In this document: positions 57,993 to 64,000 of the stretch, one piece after another | Numbering within the stretch: the first letter of the stretch is position 1 | How the letters are laid out: the number at the start of each line of letters is the position of its first letter | Source: Candidatus Collierbacteria bacterium RIFOXYD2_FULL_45_13 | GTDB lineage: Bacteria > Patescibacteriota > Microgenomatia > UBA1400 > MFAQ01 | Reading direction: 5' to 3' | Assembly (NCBI GenBank): GCA_001774685.1 | Contig: MFAS01000001.1 | Coordinates: 479,557 to 543,556, forward strand | DNA length: 64,000 nucleotides | The notes under the pieces: model-generated | What the model saw: only the letters and a program-made list of their open reading frames with translations | Told to the model about the DNA's origin: nothing | Databases searched by the model: none | Program-made: the position numbers and the translations under genes

Positions 57993-59666
57993 GTGCTACT
58001 CATGAAGAAATACTTACTCTTAATTACCGCTCTAGTCATTGGCGCTTTCCTCCGCCTTTGGATGCTTTCTTCGGTTCCCAACGGACTAACCTGGGACGAG
58101 GCCGCCATTGGCTACAACGCCTACTCTCTTTTGAAGACCGGGCGCGATGAGCATGGCGCCATATTACCCATTGTTTTCAAAAGTTTTGGTGATTTCAAAC
58201 CTGGTGCTTACATTTACCTGACAGTACCATCGGTGGCCATCTTTGGTCTAAATGAGTTTGCTGTGCGTTTCCCCAGTGCTCTTGCCGGCATCCTAGCTAT
58301 TTGGGGTATTTATCTCCTAACTCGCGAAATCTTCGCAACCTTTGCAAAAGAACACAGTAACCAATTGGCTTCCTTTGCCGCCCTCGCCTTGGCCTTGTCA
58401 CCTTGGCATGTACATTTTAGTCACGGAGCTTGGGAGGTTAACGTTTTCACCACCCTGACCATCTTCGCCCTTTACTACTTTCTCAGGTTTGTCAAAGGCA
58501 AGTCCACACTCTATCCCACGCTCTTCTTCGCTTGTTTCTCGCTTGCCATGTATCAAGCGGCCAAACTTTTGACACCCCTAGTGTACTTACTTTTTGTCAT
58601 CCCTTTCTGGAAAGAGTTCTGGTATCAGCTGACCCCATATTTCAAGCCCAAAAAAATTCTACTAACTTCCCCCTTTATTCTATTTGGTCTCTGGATCTTC
58701 TTTGGTTCGTTGTTCGGTAGCGCGGGCAACCGACTGACCACCCTGAGTATCTTCAACTACAAACCAGGAATATCCGCCGAAACGAAGGCCATAGACAATC
58801 AAAATCCGGTTACTTTAGATCTGTTTCATAACCAAAAAGAGCTTTCTACCAGACTTGTTCTTTCCCGCTACTTGTATCACTTTTCACCGGAGGTCCTTTT
58901 CTATGAAGGCCCCATTGTCTCCGAGAGAGGCCATCTCCCTGGTCTCGGGGTCCTTAATCCCTTAGAGTTCATCTGGTTAGTAATTGGTTTTATCTGGCTG
59001 GTCAAAAGTCTCTCCCCTGGAAGTCACGACACACCGGACAGATCCACCGCCTTGGTTTTGGGGTTGCTTCTCGTCGCCCCCATTCCTGCTTCGTTGACCC
59101 TAGCCGAATTTTCTACCGTTCGAGCACTATTCATGGCCGTCCCTCTAGCCATGATCTCAGGCGTCGGTATCTACTATCTATATACAAACTCGAAAATATT
59201 TTTCTCCCTTTTCGCCGGTGTCTATATACTTTGCACCATATATGTTTTTGATAACTATTTCTTTCACTCCCAAACCGTTTTCGCCAAGGAGTTCAACTAC
59301 GGCTACAAACAAGTAATTCAAATAATCAAAGAAAATCCAACCAAACGAGTAGTCTTTACCGATGTCTATGGCCAGCCATACATCTACTATGTGTTCTATA
59401 CGGCTTATGATCCTGCTACCTACCAAAAAAATAACGAATTTATCAGTGGTGGTTTGGATGTCGGCCGAGTGGATCACGTTGGGAATGTTGAGTTCCATCA
59501 ATTTGGCTCATCGGATATGATGACGCAACCAGACACCCTCTTTATCGGTTCCGAAGGGAATATTAATAACCAATTCGACATCGCCGGGCCAAAAGTTGAC
59601 CTTTTTAGACAAATCGAAACTCCGGACCATCACATTCTTTTCCGGGTCATTAAAACCAAACCTTAA
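57993..59666 (+). CDS. PMT/ArnT-like GT-C glycosyltransferase (array member 4)
   Basis: It has RLWMLSSVPNGLTWDEAAIGYNAYSLLKTGRDEHGAILPIVF. Confidence 0.75.
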   Translation: MLLMKKYLLLITALVIGAFLRLWMLSSVPNGLTWDEAAIGYNAYSLLKTGRDEHGAILPIVFKSFGDFKPGAYIYLTVPSVAIFGLNEFAVRFPSALAGILAIWGIYLLTREIFATFAKEHSNQLASFAALALALSPWHVHFSHGAWEVNVFTTLTIFALYYFLRFVKGKSTLYPTLFFACFSLAMYQAAKLLTPLVYLLFVIPFWKEFWYQLTPYFKPKKILLTSPFILFGLWIFFGSLFGSAGNRLTTLSIFNYKPGISAETKAIDNQNPVTLDLFHNQKELSTRLVLSRYLYHFSPEVLFYEGPIVSERGHLPGLGVLNPLEFIWLVIGFIWLVKSLSPGSHDTPDRSTALVLGLLLVAPIPASLTLAEFSTVRALFMAVPLAMISGVGIYYLYTNSKIFFSLFAGVYILCTIYVFDNYFFHSQTVFAKEFNYGYKQVIQIIKENPTKRVVFTDVYGQPYIYYVFYTAYDPATYQKNNEFISGGLDVGRVDHVGNVEFHQFGSSDMMTQPDTLFIGSEGNINNQFDIAGPKVDLFRQIETPDHHILFRVIKTKP

Positions 59667-61336
59667 TGAAAAAAAACCTTCCCATTATTCTTATCTTGAT
59701 ATTAGCCGCCGCTCTTAGACTCTTTGCTTTAGACAAGTTTCCTGCTGGACTAAATGCTGACGAGGCGGCCATCGGTTACAACGCTTGGTCTCTGATCCAG
59801 ACAGGGAAAGATGAACATGCCATGTCTTGGCCACTCGTGTTTCGGTCTTTTGATGACTACAAACCCCCAATTTATTTTTACCTAGTTGTTCCCTTTGTAA
59901 AAATTCTTGGACTAAATGTTTGGTCTGTCCGTCTCCCATCAGCTCTACTCGGCACAGCCACTGTTTATTTGCTGTACTTAGTGGTCTATCTTTTATTCAA
60001 GAAAAAAACTACCGACGAGTCCTGCCACATCAAAACAAATAATTTTGCACTGATAACTGCCCTTATTTTGGCAGTGTCCCCATGGCATCTACAGTTTTCT
60101 CGTGGAGGATGGGAAGTCAACGCTGCTTTGTTTTTTATCCTTTTGGGTATTTGGGGGTTTTTAAAAGGCTTGGAGAAGCCAAGATATTTCTTCTTATACG
60201 TCACTTCAATGGCCATCAGTCTTTATACTTATCACTCGGCCCGTGTAATTTCACCACTTATCTCTCTTACTCTGATCATTCTTTATTGGAAATCTCTTTT
60301 CCCAATTTCGTCGTTGCGCTTGCCCACCAAAACCTTTCTCCTTTCCTGTCTTGTTGGAGTTTTATTAGCTCTTCCCCTTGCCTCTCAATTATTATCCAAA
60401 GAAGGACAATCCCGCTTTACCGGTGTTTCAGTCTTTTCCGATACCGGCCCTCTTTGGCAAGCATTGGAGATGCGCCGAGCTCATCAGGGAGATACGGTCT
60501 ATGTCAAAGCTCTTCACAATCAATACCTTTCTTATGGTCTTAGATTCGTCAAGAATTACTTGTCTCATTTTTCACCCAGATTCCTATTTGTTACAGGGGA
60601 TGAAATTGCCAGAAGCAAAGTCCCCGAAATGGGACAAACCTACTTATTTCTGATCCCATTTTATTTTCTTGGTCTCTTTTCTCTTTTAAAGTTAGACTCC
60701 AAGGGCAAGGTATTCACTCTGGTTTGGATTTTGATCGCCCCACTCGCGGCCGCACTTACCTTCCAGTCCCCTCACGCCCTCAGGTCGCAGAACATGGTCA
60801 TTCCTCTGAGTATCATTTCCGGTTTGGGTTTTTCGGTGGTTCTCAATCTTTTATTCAGGTCCGGTAAAAAGTGGCTTGTAGGATCCATCTCCGCCCTCTT
60901 GCTCATTCTTGGTGGGTATTCGGTTGGCAGATACCTACATCTCTATTATGTTCACTACCCCAAAACACTACCTTATGCTTGGCAATACGGTTTTGACCAG
61001 ATTGCTGATTATGTGGGTCAGCAGTATTACAACTACGACCGAATCCTCATCTCCGACCGTTACGATCAGCCATATATCCTCATGGCATTTTTCCTGAAGT
61101 ATGATCCAAGAGTGCTTCAGCAAGAGCTGGTCATGACTCCCCGAGACAAGTTTGGCTTTTCCACTGTCAGAAAGTTCGGCAGGATGGAGTTCCGTCAGAT
61201 AAATTACCAGGAAGACAAAAAACTATCCAATACCCTTATAATCTCAGCTGATGAGCCGGTAGATGACAAGGCCGTTATTTATACCATAAACGACCCCGCC
61301 GGCCTCCCCATGTACAAATTCGTCTCCACCAAATGA
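59666..61336 (+). CDS. PMT/ArnT-like GT-C glycosyltransferase (array member 5)
   Basis: It has RLFALDKFPAGLNADEAAIGYNAWSLIQTGKDEHAMSWPLVF. Confidence 0.75.
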   Translation: MKKNLPIILILILAAALRLFALDKFPAGLNADEAAIGYNAWSLIQTGKDEHAMSWPLVFRSFDDYKPPIYFYLVVPFVKILGLNVWSVRLPSALLGTATVYLLYLVVYLLFKKKTTDESCHIKTNNFALITALILAVSPWHLQFSRGGWEVNAALFFILLGIWGFLKGLEKPRYFFLYVTSMAISLYTYHSARVISPLISLTLIILYWKSLFPISSLRLPTKTFLLSCLVGVLLALPLASQLLSKEGQSRFTGVSVFSDTGPLWQALEMRRAHQGDTVYVKALHNQYLSYGLRFVKNYLSHFSPRFLFVTGDEIARSKVPEMGQTYLFLIPFYFLGLFSLLKLDSKGKVFTLVWILIAPLAAALTFQSPHALRSQNMVIPLSIISGLGFSVVLNLLFRSGKKWLVGSISALLLILGGYSVGRYLHLYYVHYPKTLPYAWQYGFDQIADYVGQQYYNYDRILISDRYDQPYILMAFFLKYDPRVLQQELVMTPRDKFGFSTVRKFGRMEFRQINYQEDKKLSNTLIISADEPVDDKAVIYTINDPAGLPMYKFVSTK

Positions 61337-62214
61337 AACCAAAACGACAAACTATCTCCGTCACCATGGCTTCGTTTAATAACGAGGACTGTATTACCGA
61401 TTGTCTTACTTCGGTGAAGGGTTGGGTCGATGAGATCATCGTGGTCGACGGCACCTCTACGGATAAGACAGCCGAGATTGCCAAAAAAACGGGTGCCAAA
61501 GTCCTGATTAGAGAAAACAATCCAGTTTTTCATATCCAGAAGAATATTGCCAATCAAGAAGCCAAATCCGACTGGATTCTTCAGCTGGACACAGACGAAC
61601 GAGTTACACCAGGAATGAAAAAAGAAATACTCGGTATTCTGGAAGGAAAATATTTTGGATATGATGGCTGGATCTCTCCCTTGCGGGCGTCAATTAACAA
61701 AATCGTCAAATTATTTCCGGAGCCAAACAAATTAACCCAACCTGCAGCAGCCTACTGGTTGCCCAGAAAAAACTTTTTTTTGAATCGATACCAAAAATAC
61801 GGTGGTCAGTACCCCGATCCGGTGATTCGTCTTTTTCAAAGAGGCAAAGCCGAGTTACCGGCCAAGGATGTCCACGAGCAAATGGTCGTCCGTGGAGTTA
61901 CCGGCTGGTTGGTATCGGACCTGGATCATTACGCCACCCCGACCTTCTCGCGATATTTACTCCGGGAAAATCGTTATTCAAGCTTGAAGGCTACTCAAAT
62001 GAAAGCCGCCGGAGTCAAAATCACAGTCTTTAATACCTTAAATTATTTATTTTTCAAACCTTTTGGCACCTTCTTTAGTCTCTACTTCCGTTACCGCGGT
62101 TTCCTGGATGGTTTTCCCGGTTTTGTTTTTTCACTCTACTCCGGTCTGCATCATGCTTTTTCCTATATGAAGCTCTGGGAATTATATAAAGATGAAGAAT
62201 ATGCCCACCGTTAA
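61333..62214 (+). CDS. GT2 glycosyltransferase (KdtX-like subfamily)
   Basis: It has the ISVTMASFNNEDCI...DEIIVVDGTSTDKT motifs and is the third paralog of this subfamily in the window. Confidence 0.75.
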   Translation: MKPKRQTISVTMASFNNEDCITDCLTSVKGWVDEIIVVDGTSTDKTAEIAKKTGAKVLIRENNPVFHIQKNIANQEAKSDWILQLDTDERVTPGMKKEILGILEGKYFGYDGWISPLRASINKIVKLFPEPNKLTQPAAAYWLPRKNFFLNRYQKYGGQYPDPVIRLFQRGKAELPAKDVHEQMVVRGVTGWLVSDLDHYATPTFSRYLLRENRYSSLKATQMKAAGVKITVFNTLNYLFFKPFGTFFSLYFRYRGFLDGFPGFVFSLYSGLHHAFSYMKLWELYKDEEYAHR

Positions 62215-63223
62215 AATCTATATCGCCGGCAGCGATCACTCTTCAGGTAGGGGAGTGGGCATCTATGCCGACCACTTAATTCAGTCTTTGGGCAAACTCT
62301 CTGACATCATATTGACAGATAAAGATCCGGATATTATTCACTACCCCTTTTTTGATCTTTTCTATCCAACTCTTCCACTAAAGAAAGAAAAACCAACCAT
62401 AGTCACCATCCACGATCTTACTCCACTGGTGATGTCCGACCGCTACCCGAAAGGAATTAGGGGAACTATCAATCTACTTCGACAGTGGTACTCACTGCGC
62501 TCTGTCTCCGCCATAATTACCGACTCCGAAAGCTCCAAGAGAGATATCGAAAAATATTTTCGCGTTTCCCCTGAAAAAATATTTGTTACCCCACTTGCCG
62601 TGGATGACGATTACAAGAAGTTGCCTTCAGCTTCAAAGCTGGCCGATGTTAAAGCAAAATATCACCTACCGGACAAGTTTGTTCTTACTTTGGCGGCTGG
62701 ACCAAACCCCAACAAGAATCTACCTTCACTGGCAGAAGTGACCGATCGGCTGGGAATCCCGCTGGTGATCGTTGGCAAAGGAATGCTCAAAGAAGTGGTC
62801 AAGCCGGTACACCCGGAGCTCATCGATCTAGTCCGTCTGCAGGTCTACAACCATGTGCTCTATCCAGGGTTTGTCAGCAACGAAGATTTCAGTGCAATGT
62901 TTCACCTGACCTCCCTCTATGCCCAACCTTCCTATTACGAAGGCTTTGGTTTACCGCTACTGGAGGCCATGACCTCCGGTTGTCTCATTGCTAGCTCCAA
63001 AACTTCCAGTTTGCCGGAGATATATCATGATGAAGCTATCACTTTTAATCCTCGGAAACTAAAATCTATGGAAAAAGCGATTAAAAAAGCCTTGAGTCTT
63101 TCCCCGTCAGCCAAAGCCAAACAAATTTCTCTGGCCAAAGATAAAGCCAAGACGTTTTCTTGGTCCAAAACCGCCAAGCTTACCCTCGATATCTACCAAA
63201 AATGTCTAGCCTCCGAAGTTTAA
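62192..63223 (+). CDS. GT4 (GT-B fold) glycosyltransferase
   Basis: It has the YYEGFGLPLLEAMTSGCLIASS motif (E-x7-E). Confidence 0.8.
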   Translation: MKNMPTVKIYIAGSDHSSGRGVGIYADHLIQSLGKLSDIILTDKDPDIIHYPFFDLFYPTLPLKKEKPTIVTIHDLTPLVMSDRYPKGIRGTINLLRQWYSLRSVSAIITDSESSKRDIEKYFRVSPEKIFVTPLAVDDDYKKLPSASKLADVKAKYHLPDKFVLTLAAGPNPNKNLPSLAEVTDRLGIPLVIVGKGMLKEVVKPVHPELIDLVRLQVYNHVLYPGFVSNEDFSAMFHLTSLYAQPSYYEGFGLPLLEAMTSGCLIASSKTSSLPEIYHDEAITFNPRKLKSMEKAIKKALSLSPSAKAKQISLAKDKAKTFSWSKTAKLTLDIYQKCLASEV

Positions 63224-63235
63224 CTAATTCATAAA

Positions 63236-63703
63236 ATGCCGACTTTAACGGAGATTGTGAACCATATTGTCGATAAGGGAAATGAAATGGTTACCGGTTC
63301 ATTTCCTCACGAACATTTTGTTCTCGACTTTGTGGCGATCTTCACCAAAGACGAAAATGAAAAAAATAGTCTGGAACATGAAATTAATAATTTGGGCAGC
63401 ATTGTTCATACTACCTCTACCGGTAATATTTACCGGCTAACATCACCACTCGAAACATCGGCAGGTAAAGTATTCTTAATTCAACTTCGCAACCCTGATA
63501 GTACTAGACCTCAAAGAGGGGAGCCGGATTTTAGGGTTAAGGATTATGAACAGTTCAAGCATAAATACGGTCAGCTCCCTGGCATGAGGTTAATCGAAAG
63601 ACCAGAATATGAAATGTTGGAACTGCGAGATCCCCAGTCAGATGTCTTAGTTTATTTTCCGAACAAGCCACTAGGTCTAGAGTTGGGAGTTGATGGCCAA
63701 TGA
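63236..63703 (+). CDS. Hypothetical cytoplasmic protein
   Basis: It is a 155-aa ORF with no recognisable motif. Confidence 0.35.
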   Translation: MPTLTEIVNHIVDKGNEMVTGSFPHEHFVLDFVAIFTKDENEKNSLEHEINNLGSIVHTTSTGNIYRLTSPLETSAGKVFLIQLRNPDSTRPQRGEPDFRVKDYEQFKHKYGQLPGMRLIERPEYEMLELRDPQSDVLVYFPNKPLGLELGVDGQ

Positions 63704-63708
63704 CGATC

Positions 63709-64000
63709 TTACAACTTTTTTACTAGCGCAAAATATTCCATGAAAATTTGATAAGTGACGGTATCTCTTGGCGCGTTTGGGTCAGTCAAAAACCGGAAGG
63801 CTAGATTCTTATACTGCCTAACAGCCTTGGAAGATAAAAAAGATGATAAGCGCTTTGAGGTTAGTTCAATGAAATATTTCACTTCTGTTTCCAAAATTAG
63901 CTTCTCGATGCTCACACGATCTTCCTCTTCGCGCCCATCTCTAATTGCATCAATACCATATCTTCCCATCTCCATAAGCAGTCGATCTTTATACTCAAAG
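63709..64000 (-). CDS. Hypothetical protein, 3' portion (start lies beyond window end)
   Basis: The minus-strand frame is open to the window edge and the C-terminus ends at 63709. It converges on the upstream + gene. Confidence 0.3.
   Translation of the reverse strand, partial: FEYKDRLLMEMGRYGIDAIRDGREEEDRVSIEKLILETEVKYFIELTSKRLSSFLSSKAVRQYKNLAFRFLTDPNAPRDTVTYQIFMEYFALVKKL

Noticed and set aside
1-64000. CRISPR arrays, tRNA/rRNA genes, transposases or integrases
   Set aside because: Intergenic gaps are all under 110 nt and contain no repeat-spacer periodicity or cloverleaf-length structured RNA. No ORF shows DDE or tyrosine-recombinase motifs.

Overview
The window is densely coded (about 95%) and almost every gene is on the + strand, with many 1-17 nt start/stop overlaps that suggest long operons. 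The small genes, TTG/GTG starts, near-absence of Shine-Dalgarno sequences and the gene content suggest a small-genome bacterium, possibly a CPR/Patescibacteria lineage; that assignment is inference only. Essentially the whole window is one cell-surface biogenesis supercluster.

- **1..4725:** a giant, 5'-truncated LPXTG adhesin with DUF11 and Cna-B/SdrD-like repeats, a Ser/Thr-rich Fn3-like surface protein, and a sortase carrying the TLxTC motif.
- **4803..12360:** a type IV pilus operon. It holds a PilB ATPase, a PilC platform protein, four pseudopilins (one is a 622-aa pilin fused to an LVIVD beta-propeller), a PilM/PilN-like fusion, and a separately promoted and terminated major pilin.
- **12387..13869:** a MazG-like protein, a CAP/SCP-domain membrane protein and a small membrane protein.
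- **13907..17472:** a dTDP-L-rhamnose biosynthesis operon, rmlABCD.
- **17492..21349:** miscellaneous envelope and housekeeping genes: a SurA-N-like chaperone, a membrane SagB-type nitroreductase, trmD as a lone minus-strand gene, and a CDGSH Fe-S protein.
- **21355..63223:** a roughly 42 kb glycosylation locus.
  - A GT2-GtrA fusion, which is a polyprenol-phosphate-sugar synthase joined to a flippase-like domain.
  - Nine PMT/ArnT-like GT-C paralogs with a conserved DE loop motif; five of them (52908..61336) form one contiguous tandem operon.
  - Several other GT-C-like polytopic proteins, including YfhO-like ones.
  - At least eight further GT2 enzymes, two GT4 enzymes and a Wzx-type flippase.
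  - Two nanoRNases (orn and a DHH/DHHA1 nrnA-like gene) embedded among these.
- **45381..46706:** a two-gene insert between convergent glycosylation genes, made of a DUF4256 protein and a standalone TIR-like domain protein. The TIR gene has a textbook sigma70 promoter and a GGAGG Shine-Dalgarno that the rest of the window lacks. It is the best candidate here for an undescribed module, possibly defence-related.

No rRNA, tRNA, CRISPR array, transposase or integrase was seen.
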